Of a stretch of 64,000 nucleotides of DNA, positions 35,030-46,541 are shown in pieces; within the stretch, counting starts at the first letter, position 1; each line of letters opens with the position of its first letter. Origin of the DNA: Arcobacteraceae bacterium (GTDB lineage Bacteria; Campylobacterota; Campylobacteria; Campylobacterales; Arcobacteraceae); assembly GCA_963662945.1 (NCBI GenBank), contig OY759974.1:832001-896000 (forward strand), in the 5' to 3' direction. The notes beneath the pieces are model-generated. The model worked only from the letters and a program-made list of their open reading frames with translations. It had not been told where the DNA came from and did not search any database. The position numbers and the translations under genes are program-made.

Positions 35030-35518
35030 ATGTTTGAGAATTTAAAATTAAAAATTATCTCATATATATACAAAATATCACAACAACCTGTAAAATTAGA
35101 CAAACTTTTAGATGCAAACTTGTTATTTCATGAAGGAATGAAACTAGATGGTACAAAATTAGGATTTAGACTTAAAGTTGGTCGTGCTTATATTGTGTTT
35201 TTAATACTAGCACATCTTATCATAATACCTCTTGCTTTTATTGCCCATGGATTATTTAAAGTGCTTGATTGCCATGCTTCAATCATACTAGCAATCTTTT
35301 TTACAGCACTTCTTTTTGGACTTTTTAATTTTTTTAAAGAGTGGACAAGGGATTGTGTTACAAAACAACGAATAAAACAGATGTGGTCTTTACATTTTCC
35401 ACATTTTCCATTTGATGAATTTAGTGCTGAAGTTGCTGATATATATGAACAAGCTTTAAAAGAGGAAGTAAAGCACGCTGATCTTGAAAGATATATTTTA
35501 GATAAGCTATCTTCTTAA
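35030..35518 (+). CDS. Hypothetical two-TM membrane protein
   Basis: 162-aa ORF with two hydrophobic helices, in an operon. Confidence 0.7.
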   Translation: MFENLKLKIISYIYKISQQPVKLDKLLDANLLFHEGMKLDGTKLGFRLKVGRAYIVFLILAHLIIIPLAFIAHGLFKVLDCHASIILAIFFTALLFGLFNFFKEWTRDCVTKQRIKQMWSLHFPHFPFDEFSAEVADIYEQALKEEVKHADLERYILDKLSS

Positions 35519-35529
35519 TGGATTATTAA

Positions 35530-36687
35530 ATGGGAAATACGACACAAATTATTAAAGATACGTTTATAGGATTAAAAAAGAAGAATCTTGAAGCTACTCC
35601 AAAAAATTATGCGAATGAATTTTATATTCAAGCAAAATCACATAACCTTGAACACCAATATGATTTATCTCTTTTTGATGATGAAAAGTTAAAGATATTT
35701 ATCCAAGAACTAGATGTTATTTTAAAACCATCTATTGACTTGACAATAAAAGAAGAAATTGGAAAATTTGTTAAAGAGATTCTAGAAAAACCTCTAGAGT
35801 TATTTGAAATAGATTCCCTTCACACAATCAAAAATATCACTGCAACAAGAATTACAAATGATAGAGAAGTTGTTAAAAACAAAACAAATGATATTATAAA
35901 ACTTACAAAGCTTCTTTCAAAACAGTTTCAAAAAATGATTTTAGCTAGTGATAATTCTTCTCATACCTTTTTAGATATCAAAGATGAACTAGAAGAACTC
36001 AATATTTCAAAATCTTCAACAAGAGAGTTAGGTGGACTTCAAACAAAACTTATAGATACAATTCACAACCTTGAAGAATCAATTAAAGAACACAGATACT
36101 CACTTTTACAAGAAAAAGAAAATTTAGAGGATATTGAAGAGAAGTTTCTCCAACTACAAGAAGAACTTAAAAAAGCACAAAATGAAAAAAATATTGATTA
36201 CTTAACAAATATTTACAATAGAAGAGCATTTGACATAGAACTAGAAAAAATAGAAAAAAAATACAATATTTTTAATAGTAACTATGCTATTGCACTTTAC
36301 GACATAGATCATTTTAAAGCAATAAATGATCAATATGGTCATGAGTGCGGAGATAATGTTCTAAAAACATTTGCAACTCTTTTACATAAATTAAGTCGTG
36401 AAATAGATATTTTAGCACGGTATGGTGGGGAAGAATTTATTATTATATTAAACTATGATAATACAAAAGAGATAATGCAATATGTTCAAAGAATAAAACA
36501 ACTTATAGAAGATAGAGAATTTAAATATAAAGATCATATTATAGATGTAAAATTTAGTGGTGGTATTGCACTTCGAGGGAATAATCAAACGCCATTAGAT
36601 ACTATCAATAAAGCTGACCATCTACTTTATGAAGCAAAAAAACAAGGACGAGATAAAGTAATCCTTGAAGATGGCACTATTATATAA
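35530..36687 (+). CDS. Cytoplasmic diguanylate cyclase
   Basis: Coiled coil, DIDHFK, RxxD I-site (REID) and GGEEF. Confidence 0.92.
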   Translation: MGNTTQIIKDTFIGLKKKNLEATPKNYANEFYIQAKSHNLEHQYDLSLFDDEKLKIFIQELDVILKPSIDLTIKEEIGKFVKEILEKPLELFEIDSLHTIKNITATRITNDREVVKNKTNDIIKLTKLLSKQFQKMILASDNSSHTFLDIKDELEELNISKSSTRELGGLQTKLIDTIHNLEESIKEHRYSLLQEKENLEDIEEKFLQLQEELKKAQNEKNIDYLTNIYNRRAFDIELEKIEKKYNIFNSNYAIALYDIDHFKAINDQYGHECGDNVLKTFATLLHKLSREIDILARYGGEEFIIILNYDNTKEIMQYVQRIKQLIEDREFKYKDHIIDVKFSGGIALRGNNQTPLDTINKADHLLYEAKKQGRDKVILEDGTII

Positions 36688-36706
36688 TTTTAAAGGGAAA
36701 AAATAA

Positions 36707-36964
36707 ATGAATTCGTTTGAAGATATTAAAATAGCTATAGAGTACAGCTATAACTCAATGACATGGGTAACTTGGTTGGTATTATTTATCTTAGTTTTTA
36801 GAACTATTGTATTTTTCAATAGTGCATATAAAGAAAATAATACTTATGAAGAGATGAAACAAAACCAAGATAAAAAAGCTATTACACAATTTTATTCTGG
36901 AATCATTTTATCTTTCTTATGTATCGTAGTATTCTTCTTACCTTACTTAATAAATTATAATTAA
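36707..36964 (+). CDS. Small two-TM hypothetical protein
   Basis: 85-aa ORF with RBS and two hydrophobic segments. Confidence 0.6.
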   Translation: MNSFEDIKIAIEYSYNSMTWVTWLVLFILVFRTIVFFNSAYKENNTYEEMKQNQDKKAITQFYSGIILSFLCIVVFFLPYLINYN

Positions 36965-36978
36965 ACAAAGAAGTTGTT

Positions 36979-37359
36979 ATGACAGATATTATATTTCCAT
37001 TTTTAGAACATACCGGCGCAAAACTTAAAAGCTATGAAAAAGGAAAAGCTGAAGTTGAACTACATACACAACCTCATCATTTACAACATTTAGGATTTAT
37101 TCACGGTGGAGTTATCTCAACACTGCTTGATAATACAGGATGGTATGCTGCTGTCTCAAATTTAGATAAAGGCTATACAGCAGTAACTATGGAGATAAAA
37201 ATCAACTATCTCAAACCAGCTTCTGGCAAACATCTCATAGCAACAGGGGAAGTAAAAAGACAAGGAAGAACCACTTCATTTGTTACTATTGAACTTAAAG
37301 ATGATGGAAAACTTGTGGCATATGCAACTGGTACATATGCAATACTAAAAGAGGACTAA
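36979..37359 (+). CDS. PaaI family thioesterase
   Basis: HGGVISTLLD and EIKINYLKP hotdog-fold motifs. Confidence 0.9.
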   Translation: MTDIIFPFLEHTGAKLKSYEKGKAEVELHTQPHHLQHLGFIHGGVISTLLDNTGWYAAVSNLDKGYTAVTMEIKINYLKPASGKHLIATGEVKRQGRTTSFVTIELKDDGKLVAYATGTYAILKED

Positions 37360-37366
37360 ACCAATT

Positions 37367-37855
37367 ATGGATATAACAAAAATAGCAAACTTTATACTTT
37401 ATATGATAGAAAATAAAGTATCTCATATCAATGATAAAAAACTCTCTATCTTACTTTTTTTGATAGATTATAAATCATTACAAACATATGATATAAAAAT
37501 ATTTGGTGAAGAGTATATCAAAACACCTAGAAATCCTGAACCAAAAATACTTACAGAACTTTTTAATATTATAGCGAACGAAGAAGACTTAGAAGAAGAT
37601 GATGAAAGACTCTATCTCATCCAAGAATTACTTGACTTTGTAGATATAGAGATAGTTAAAAAACCAAACTTTATAGAACTGCAGTTTATAAAAGTTGAGG
37701 AAGAATTTGATAAATCAATCTTCACAAGAAAAGAACTCAAACTAATAGACAGTACTATTGAAAAATACAGAGATACTACAGTTAGAAATATTGCAAATGC
37801 ATGTTTTAAAATAGATAAAGTTCGAGAAACTACAAATGGTGAAGTTATTATTTAA
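37367..37855 (+). CDS. SocA/Panacea (DUF4065)-like protein
   Basis: N-terminus KIANFILY...KKLSILLFLIDY and C-terminal FTRKELKLIDSTIEKY resemble the family. Confidence 0.55.
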   Translation: MDITKIANFILYMIENKVSHINDKKLSILLFLIDYKSLQTYDIKIFGEEYIKTPRNPEPKILTELFNIIANEEDLEEDDERLYLIQELLDFVDIEIVKKPNFIELQFIKVEEEFDKSIFTRKELKLIDSTIEKYRDTTVRNIANACFKIDKVRETTNGEVII

Positions 37856-37975
37856 AATTTTTCTCCTCACGTATTTTTCTAACTAAAAAAGCTACATTTT
37901 ATACAGTTTTTTTTCACCCTATTTTCAATTTTATATTAAAATATTCCACAATATATTATTTATAAAGGACATACA

Positions 37976-38698
37976 GTGAAATATATCTATATAATCAAAA
38001 CTGGTGAAACTTTTAAAACAACTAAAAATAAATTTGGTGATTTTGACAAATGGATTATCAATGTAATTAAAAATAAAAATGTCAAAATAATTGATATTTT
38101 AAATAACGAAAAATTGCCAAATATTTACAGTGCTAAAGGATTTATAATTACAGGCTCTCACGCTATGGTCACTCAAGAACTAACCTGGAGTTTAGAACTA
38201 GAATCCTATATAAAAAAAATAGCTTCTAAAAACATTCCAGTATTAGGTATTTGTTATGGTCATCAACTTATAGCAAAAGCACTAGGTGGAATAAGTGGAT
38301 ACAATAAAAATGGAAAAGAGATAGGTACCACAAGAATAAAAAAGCTACATACAGCTAAAAATGATCCTATATTAAAAAATATTCCCTTACAATTTAATGC
38401 ACACGAAACACACTATCAAAGTGTACTAAAATTACCTCATAAAGCAATAATTTTAGCAAATAATAGACACGAATCACATCAGGCAGTTAAATTTAAAAAA
38501 TATGTATGGGGTGTACAATTTCATCCAGAATTCGATACTAGGATTATGAAAGAATATATTATTAATCAAGAAAAAGATTTAATCAAATTAAACTTTAATA
38601 TAAACCATCTTTTAAAAAATGTAAAAAAAGCTACTAAGAGTAGTGCCGTTTTAAATAATTTTATAGAATTTATAGTTAAAAAGCCAAAAAAATTTTAG
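37976..38698 (+). CDS. Stand-alone class I glutamine amidotransferase
   Basis: ITGS, LGICYGHQ and GVQFHPE triad. Confidence 0.9.
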   Translation: MKYIYIIKTGETFKTTKNKFGDFDKWIINVIKNKNVKIIDILNNEKLPNIYSAKGFIITGSHAMVTQELTWSLELESYIKKIASKNIPVLGICYGHQLIAKALGGISGYNKNGKEIGTTRIKKLHTAKNDPILKNIPLQFNAHETHYQSVLKLPHKAIILANNRHESHQAVKFKKYVWGVQFHPEFDTRIMKEYIINQEKDLIKLNFNINHLLKNVKKATKSSAVLNNFIEFIVKKPKKF

Positions 38699-38703
38699 AA
38701 ATG

Positions 38704-38733
38704 AAAAAAGAGGCTATTTATAAACCTCTTTTT
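38704..38733. terminator. Bidirectional terminator candidate
   Basis: AAAAAAGAGG...CCTCTTTTT between convergent genes. Confidence 0.65.
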
Positions 38734-38737
38734 ATTT

Positions 38738-40186
<1,449 letters not shown>

Positions 40187-40197
40187 TTATCCCCTTT

Positions 40198-41562
40198 TTA
40201 TTTTATATAATTAATATTTTGCTCTAAACTTAAAGCACCGTCAAATAAAGTTTGTTCATCATAAGCACGCCCTATAAACTGTAAACCAATAGGCATACCA
40301 TCTTTGTCTTTTGAGACAGGTAAACTTATCGCTGGAAGTCCTGCTAAGTTAACTGAGATAGTATAAATATCACTTAAATACATCTCTAAAGAACTTGCAA
40401 ATGCACCAAACTTAGGTGCTGTTGTAGGTGCAACTGGATTTAAAATCAAGTCTGCATCTTCAAAAATTTTGTCAAATTCATCTTTGATAAGATGTCTTAC
40501 TTTTTGTGCTTTGATATAGTATGCATCATAGTAACCTGAACTTAATACAAAAGAACCAAGCATAATTCTTTTTTGTACTTCATCTCCAAAACCTTGAGTT
40601 TTCGTATTAAGATATGTTTCTTTAAGGTTTGCTGCATCTACTCTATTTCCATATCGTATACCATCATATCTACTTAAGTTCGCACTAGCTTCTGCTGTTG
40701 CTATGATGTAATAAGATGAAAGAATATTTTTAGTGTCCATCATTCTTTTATGCACTATTGTATGTCCTGCATCTTCTAGTGTTTTGATAGATTTATTCAT
40801 GGCTTCTTTTATCTCATCACTTGCTTCTTCAACAAAGTTATCAATCACAGCGATAGTAAGCTTCTTTGAACTATCAAGATTTGGAGTAATTGGTGTATAG
40901 TCTACATTTGCACTTGTTGAATCTTTTGGATCATATCCAGAGATAATATCATATAAAATAGCCGCATCTTCAACATTTTGTGTAATAGGTCCACATTGAT
41001 CAAGACTTGAACTATAAGCAGCTATCCCATATCTAGAAACTCTTCCATAAGTTGGTTTCATACCAACACAACCACAATAAGCTGCAGGTTGACGAATACT
41101 TCCACCTGTATCAGTTCCAAGTGCTGCAATTGCAAGTCCAGCAGCAACAGCAGCAGCCGAGCCACCACTACTTCCACCTGGTACTTTTGTATTATCAACA
41201 GGATTTAAAGTTTTACCATAACAACTAGATTCTGTACTACTTCCCATAGCAAATTCATCCATGTTTGTTCGACCAAAAGCACATAAACCATTTTTTTCTA
41301 AATTATTTATTACTGTTGCATTGTAAGGAGCTATATAGTTTTTTAAGATATTACTACTACAAGTGAGTTCCCAACCTTTTACATTGATATTATCTTTTAT
41401 TGCAATTGGGATACCACTTCCTGAGCTTAGTATTTCAGCTGAAGTAAACTGTTCAACATAAGCACCTAGTTGTTTGTTTTCCTCTATTGATTTTTTCAAA
41501 TCTTCTTTGAGCGATATAATCTGTTGGTCATCTAAACTTAAAGCTTCTTTTAAAGTGATCAA
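40198..41562 (-). CDS. gatA: Glu/Asp-tRNA amidotransferase subunit A
   Basis: [18 protein letters not shown] and [10 protein letters not shown] motifs. Confidence 0.97.
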   Translation of the reverse strand: MITLKEALSLDDQQIISLKEDLKKSIEENKQLGAYVEQFTSAEILSSGSGIPIAIKDNINVKGWELTCSSNILKNYIAPYNATVINNLEKNGLCAFGRTNMDEFAMGSSTESSCYGKTLNPVDNTKVPGGSSGGSAAAVAAGLAIAALGTDTGGSIRQPAAYCGCVGMKPTYGRVSRYGIAAYSSSLDQCGPITQNVEDAAILYDIISGYDPKDSTSANVDYTPITPNLDSSKKLTIAVIDNFVEEASDEIKEAMNKSIKTLEDAGHTIVHKRMMDTKNILSSYYIIATAEASANLSRYDGIRYGNRVDAANLKETYLNTKTQGFGDEVQKRIMLGSFVLSSGYYDAYYIKAQKVRHLIKDEFDKIFEDADLILNPVAPTTAPKFGAFASSLEMYLSDIYTISVNLAGLPAISLPVSKDKDGMPIGLQFIGRAYDEQTLFDGALSLEQNINYIK

Positions 41563-41720
41563 ACTTACTCCTATTGATTAATAATTGTATCTATAATATT
41601 TGCGATTGTATCTAAAATATACTATGAATCTTATTAAATATGAGATAGAAGAGAAGGATAAATAATGCATTTAAAAGAAAAAATTGATTATAGTTTCGAA
41701 ATTTTATTTTTAGGTGCTTT

Positions 41721-42155
41721 ATGACAAATAAACAAATTTCACAACTTTTTTTAGCTTCAATTATAGCGATACTCATAACTTACTCAATTTTTTTAGGTAA
41801 AGTAAAAACCATCTTCCTATTTTTAGATGCAGCTGTGTATATCTTTGTAGCTATTGCCCTCTTACTTCCTCTATGGCGTTACAAGAAGAAATTAAAAACT
41901 GTTGAGATTATAGATTTTAACAGAAACAGCAATCTTACTTTTCAATCTACAGCTTTGTTTTTTTTATTTTTTCAAGTGATTGATTACATCTATGAAGATG
42001 GTTTTATTGGGATGATAAGCCAATGGATTTTTTACTGGATGATGGGGATAATTGCCTTTATCATTGTCAACATTATGAACTATTATAAAAATGTACAATA
42101 CTACAAACAAGTATTAACTCATGATGCTAAGTATTATCCTTATGAGAATCAATAA
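41721..42155 (+). CDS. Hypothetical multi-TM membrane protein
   Basis: 144-aa hydrophobic ORF. Confidence 0.7.
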   Translation: MTNKQISQLFLASIIAILITYSIFLGKVKTIFLFLDAAVYIFVAIALLLPLWRYKKKLKTVEIIDFNRNSNLTFQSTALFFLFFQVIDYIYEDGFIGMISQWIFYWMMGIIAFIIVNIMNYYKNVQYYKQVLTHDAKYYPYENQ

Positions 42156-42179
42156 CTCCTAAAGTAACTTATTGGTAAA

Positions 42180-42611
42180 ATGATAACTATGATTAAACTT
42201 TCACTTTTATTATTTACCACTTTACTATTTTCAAAATCTACTTTTGAAGATTCTTTTATTACACAATATGAATATGGGAAAATGCTTTATAAAAATCCTA
42301 GAGGCATAAGCTGTAACAAATGCCATGGGGATAATGCAAAAGGAAAAATAATATCAACATTTACACATAAAGTAAAGAAAAAAGAGTATATCTGTACAAT
42401 CCGTACAAAAGATATCACAAATGTTACTTATGAAACTTTTTTACAAACACTTGACCCAAAACTAGAAAAACCAAAAAAGAAATTTGACAGTAGTCAAGTG
42501 TGTGAGAAACTCACCTATGGCAACAGTATGCCAACATACTTTTTAACTCCAGAAGAGTTAAAATCAATTTTCTTTTACTTAAAAAACAAGGATAAATATG
42601 AAACTAAATAG
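42180..42611 (+). CDS. c-type cytochrome
   Basis: Signal peptide, CNKCH and a distal MP. Confidence 0.85.
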   Translation: MITMIKLSLLLFTTLLFSKSTFEDSFITQYEYGKMLYKNPRGISCNKCHGDNAKGKIISTFTHKVKKKEYICTIRTKDITNVTYETFLQTLDPKLEKPKKKFDSSQVCEKLTYGNSMPTYFLTPEELKSIFFYLKNKDKYETK

Positions 42612-43416
42612 ATCCTATTTGATGGTAGCTGGAGATAAAGAAAAGCATCTTGATAAATTAGATGTGCTTAAAACAGATTTTGCTACAGTTAATCTTGAAG
42701 ATGCCGTCCATGATAAAGAGTTTGCTAGAAATCTCGTTGTTAAAAAACTCAAAAATAGAGACAATGGTGATATTGTAGTACGAGTAAATAGTCTAGATAG
42801 TTGTGGTATACAAGATATAGAAATGATAAATATGATAAAACCGTATGCTATACGAATACCAAAAGTTATGTCACTTGAAGATGTAAAATTGGCTTTAAAA
42901 CTAATAGATGAAGATATACAACTACATCTTACGATTGAGACAAAAGAAGCATTTTCACTTTTATCTCAACTTAAAATTGACACTAGAGTTACTACAGTTT
43001 TTTTAGGTATTTTAGACTTATTAGAATCACTTGAATTACCTCAAAATATACTACAACTAGACAATCCAACTATAGATTATATTTTAAGTAAATTTCTTAT
43101 TGATAGTAAAACAGCTGGTCTTCACCCTGTATCTTTTATATATCAAGAGTATAAAGATTTAGGTACCTTTAGAAAATGGTGTATAAAAGAAAAAGCTATG
43201 GGATTTACTTCTAAAGGGTGTACAAGCCCTGGACAAGTTGATGTGGTTAATGAAATTTTTTCAATCAACAATGATGCTATCATCCGAGCCCAATATATTA
43301 AAGAGGTTTTTGAAAAACAACAAGCGTTAGGATGTACAGGTTTTAGTGATGAGAAATATGGTTTTATAGATGAACCTATCTATAAAGATGCTTTACTCGT
43401 TTTAAAAAATAATTAG
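42598..43416 (+). CDS. HpcH/HpaI aldolase/citrate lyase beta (CitE-like) protein
   Basis: RSYLMV, NLEDAV, VRVN, IPKV and TIET motifs. Confidence 0.88.
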   Translation: MKLNRSYLMVAGDKEKHLDKLDVLKTDFATVNLEDAVHDKEFARNLVVKKLKNRDNGDIVVRVNSLDSCGIQDIEMINMIKPYAIRIPKVMSLEDVKLALKLIDEDIQLHLTIETKEAFSLLSQLKIDTRVTTVFLGILDLLESLELPQNILQLDNPTIDYILSKFLIDSKTAGLHPVSFIYQEYKDLGTFRKWCIKEKAMGFTSKGCTSPGQVDVVNEIFSINNDAIIRAQYIKEVFEKQQALGCTGFSDEKYGFIDEPIYKDALLVLKNN

Positions 43417-43435
43417 ACTACTGTACACTATATTC

Positions 43436-43603
43436 ATATAATCCTATGTTAAGTTTTAATTAAGATTAACAAAAAAATTACGCGCGATTTGAAGATGAAT
43501 AGCCAATACGTTAAGGCACTTACAGTTCCAAAATGAATAAAAGAAAATTAACTGCTAAAGCTATTTTCTTTAATCTTAATTAAAACTTAACATATGATTA
43601 TAT
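43436..43603 (+). repeat. Hairpin/MITE-like element, copy 1
   Basis: 34-bp terminal inverted repeats (43436-43469 and 43570-43603, one mismatch) around a 100-bp core homologous to copy 2. Confidence 0.9.
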
Positions 43604-44427
43604 TACAAACTATTTTTATACTGGACAATTTTTTGTCCCGCAAAAAATAACAATAATCCTACCCCACTTACCATAATAATAGTTGCTCCACTTGTTAAGT
43701 CATAACTATAAGATAAAATAAGTCCAAGAAGTGTAAAAAACGTAGATAAAATTCCAGCATAAACCATCATAGATGCTAGTGTATTTGAAAGCTTTTCAGC
43801 TATATAAATAGGAATAGTCAAAAGTGCAATTACAAGAATAAGTCCCACTATTTTTATAGCAACGACTACTGTTAATGCAGATAAAACTAAAATAAGTGTA
43901 TAAAAAAATGGAACATTAATCCCTCGCAAGTTTGCATACTCGCTATCATAAGAAACTGCTAAAATATCTCTATACCAGACACTCATCATAACACTAATAA
44001 CAACAAGTAACCCACCCATATAATATAAATCTTCATCACTTACTGCTAATATTGAACCAAATAAATAACTCATCAAATCTACATTGTATCCAGGAGTTAA
44101 ATCTATTAAAATTATCCCTATTGCCATCCCTATTGCCCAAATAAGACCTATGAAAGTATCTATTCGTGTCCTATTTTTTAGTGTAATAAATGCCATCAAA
44201 AGTGCGGCACCGCAAGCAAATATAGAAGCTCCTAAAAATATAGGAAAACCAAAATAAACAGCTAACCCAATCCCACCATAAGAGGTATGCGCAATTCCTC
44301 CTGCTAAAAAAACCATCCGATTTACAACTATTAGTGAACCTATGATACCAGAGGCAAAACTTACTAAAATACCAGCGATGATAGCATTTTGTATAAACTC
44401 ATATTGCAACATATCTAACATGAACAA
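43603..44427 (-). CDS. znuB: Zn/Mn ABC transporter permease (ZnuB family)
   Basis: GIAHTSYGG, SYLFGSIL and VGLILVIALL motifs. Confidence 0.88.
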   Translation of the reverse strand: MFMLDMLQYEFIQNAIIAGILVSFASGIIGSLIVVNRMVFLAGGIAHTSYGGIGLAVYFGFPIFLGASIFACGAALLMAFITLKNRTRIDTFIGLIWAIGMAIGIILIDLTPGYNVDLMSYLFGSILAVSDEDLYYMGGLLVVISVMMSVWYRDILAVSYDSEYANLRGINVPFFYTLILVLSALTVVVAIKIVGLILVIALLTIPIYIAEKLSNTLASMMVYAGILSTFFTLLGLILSYSYDLTSGATIIMVSGVGLLLFFAGQKIVQYKNSL

Positions 44428-45179
44428 CTCTTTTTTGTAGTCTGAACAGTTCCAGCACTTAACATTTGTAACAACTCCACCTCACAAAAATGCTCATCAC
44501 TACTATCAAAATTTCTCTTTGTGTCACTTATATCATGGTATGATATATTTTTATTGATATGGGCTACTTTTGATGCATATCCAAGAATTACCGAAATATC
44601 ATGACTTACAACTATAATAGTGATAGTTTTATTTAAAATCTTCAATAATTCATATATCTGCTTTTGTCCAGCAACATCTATACTTGCTGTTGGTTCATCA
44701 AGAATAAGTATCTCAGGATGGGCACATAAAGCACGTGCTATCATAACCCTTTGTCTCTGACCACCAGAAAGTGAGCCTATTTTACTTTGAGCAAACTTTT
44801 CCATCCCAACTTGTGCCAATGCACCCATAGCACAAGCTATTTCTTCTTTTTTATACCCTAAAAGCGGTCGTTTGTGTCCTACATGCCCCATCATAACTAC
44901 TTCGATAACTTTAATAGGAAAATCAATGTTGATATTTGTATTTTGTGGTACATACCCCACTTTTGAAAGATTTTTAGAGGGTTCTTGATCGAGTATTTTT
45001 ATGGTTCCATTTTTATAGTTTTCTATCCCTAAAATAAGTTTCAGTAAGGTAGATTTTCCCCCACCATTTGGTCCTATGATTGCTAAGAAATCATTTTTTT
45101 GGACACTAAGATTTATATCTTCTAAAATGATTTGTTTATTGTAGGCAAAAGTGAGGTTTTTTATCTCTATTATAGGCAT
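44415..45179 (-). CDS. znuC: Zn/Mn ABC transporter ATPase (ZnuC family)
   Basis: GPNGGGKST, GYVPQ, LSGGQ, DEPT and a His/Cys tail. Confidence 0.88.
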   Translation of the reverse strand: MPIIEIKNLTFAYNKQIILEDINLSVQKNDFLAIIGPNGGGKSTLLKLILGIENYKNGTIKILDQEPSKNLSKVGYVPQNTNINIDFPIKVIEVVMMGHVGHKRPLLGYKKEEIACAMGALAQVGMEKFAQSKIGSLSGGQRQRVMIARALCAHPEILILDEPTASIDVAGQKQIYELLKILNKTITIIVVSHDISVILGYASKVAHINKNISYHDISDTKRNFDSSDEHFCEVELLQMLSAGTVQTTKKSCSC

Positions 45180-45203
45180 ATGATAACTTTTCTTTTTTAT
45201 TAG

Positions 45204-45218
45204 TGCAACTTAGTTGCA
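45204..45218. promoter_or_regulatory. 7-1-7 palindrome, candidate Fur-family (Zur-like) box
   Basis: TGCAACT-T-AGTTGCA about 25 bp upstream of znuC. Confidence 0.65.
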
Positions 45219-45289
45219 TATTTATTTTGCAATTGTATATCTTATGGGCTTAATTATAACTTATCCTTTTATTTACTTACGATACAATA

Positions 45290-45459
45290 AGCTCAATCTA
45301 GTGTTAAGTTTTACATAAGATTAAAGGAAATAGCTTTATCAGTTAAGTTCTTTTTATTTGTTTAGACACTTAATATGCCTTAACCCAATGGCTATGTATC
45401 TTTAAGTCACGCGTAACTTCTTTGTTAATCTTATGTAAAACTTAACACTAGATTGAGCT
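45290..45459 (-). repeat. Hairpin/MITE-like element, copy 2 (opposite orientation)
   Basis: Perfect 35-bp terminal inverted repeats (45290-45324 and 45425-45459) around a 100-bp core; about 76/100 ungapped matches to copy 1 by hand count. Confidence 0.9.
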
Positions 45460-45496
45460 GTGATACAATTTGTACAATATAATTAAAGGAAACCTT

Positions 45497-45691
45497 ATGG
45501 AAGAGAGATTTATCGTATGTCCTTACTGTAGAGAACATATCTCTATACTTTTAGATACAGGAGTTGAAGGTATTTACAATATCATTGATGATTGTGAAGT
45601 GTGTTGTAGACCTATAGATATAACTTATGGTGTTGAAAACTTAGAGGTTATCGCTTTAGATTATAGAACTATAGAGGGAAATGAATTTTAA
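45497..45691 (+). CDS. CPXCG-type small cysteine-rich protein
   Basis: AAAGGA RBS, CPYC and DDCEVCCRPI. Confidence 0.8.
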   Translation: MEERFIVCPYCREHISILLDTGVEGIYNIIDDCEVCCRPIDITYGVENLEVIALDYRTIEGNEF

Positions 45692-45699
45692 AAAGGAAA

Positions 45700-46294
45700 A
45701 TGATGGGATTTTTAAATAATATGTTCAATAAACTAAAACAGGCTACACGAGATAGATTTGTTTTAAATAAAGAGACAAACTCCATACAAATACTCCTAGA
45801 TAGTTCCCATGAACAATACTTCACACTAGAATTTGACACAATGAATATCAAAACACCACACGATCCAAATATCTTCAAAAGTACTGTCATAGATGCAAAT
45901 AATTCAAACCTTGGAGAACTCTATATAGAGGTAATTCAACTAGACCAAACACGATTGGAAGGGAAGTGCTGGAAGTTGTTTTGATATTTTTATCAAACAA
46001 GAGTTTCCCTCATCAAATTTTGAATTTATAAAAAGTTTTGATGATGATTTTGCTAAATTCACAAAATACCTTGTGGATGACAAATATGAAGTAGGCTTAA
46101 TCTGGTTTTCTTTAAATAAAGAAGATATTTTTATCTTTGATACAAAAGGGAAGCTTTTTAATGACTTACTAAAAATATATGGTGTAGAAAATAATGCTTA
46201 TTTTATAGAAAATTTTGAAACAAATAACTTTGTAGTAAAAAACAGTATTACAAAACTAAATATGATAGAAAACTTTATTGGTCATAAAGAGTAG
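45700..46294 (+). pseudogene. Frameshifted hypothetical gene
   Basis: The frame of ORF 46073-46294 is open back to 45944 (HDWKGSAGSCFDIF...) and overlaps the end of ORF 45700-45984, so one +1 shift would join them. Confidence 0.6.
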
Positions 46295-46325
46295 TGTAGC
46301 TAAGTATTTGTTTTTTTGAGATTCA

Positions 46326-46415
46326 TTAATTATTAAAATAAGTTCGTTATTTACTAATGCTGTAATGTTTTACTCTAATTTTATCTCTCATGATTTCAAA
46401 TAACTTTTTAGCCAT
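46326..46415 (-). pseudogene. intI: Truncated integron integrase N-terminus
   Basis: GGAGA RBS then MAKKLFEIMRDKIRVKHYSISK*RTYFNN*, matching the IntI N-terminal pattern KLLD.VR..IR..HYS..TE..Y. Confidence 0.8.
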
Positions 46416-46495
46416 AATAATCTCCAATCTTAAATAAATATAAAACATAACATAATGTATATTTATTTTCTTATTTAAGGGTATTTTATATAGTA

Positions 46496-46519
46496 TGTTA
46501 TACTAATAGATAGTTAGCT
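46496..46519 (+). other. attI-like site with possible cassette promoter
   Basis: CTAATAGATAGTTAGCT resembles the attI1 simple site CTAAAACAAAGTTAG; TGTTATACT extended -10-like box upstream; lies about 100 bp from the divergent intI start. Confidence 0.55.
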
Positions 46520-46541
46520 TAAAATATGAAAGGTAAAATAG

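Noticed and set aside
43436-45459. The repeats as CRISPR or ordinary terminators
   Set aside because: There is no repeat-spacer array or cas gene. The 100-bp conserved core and the position of copy 2 between divergent genes do not fit a simple terminator.
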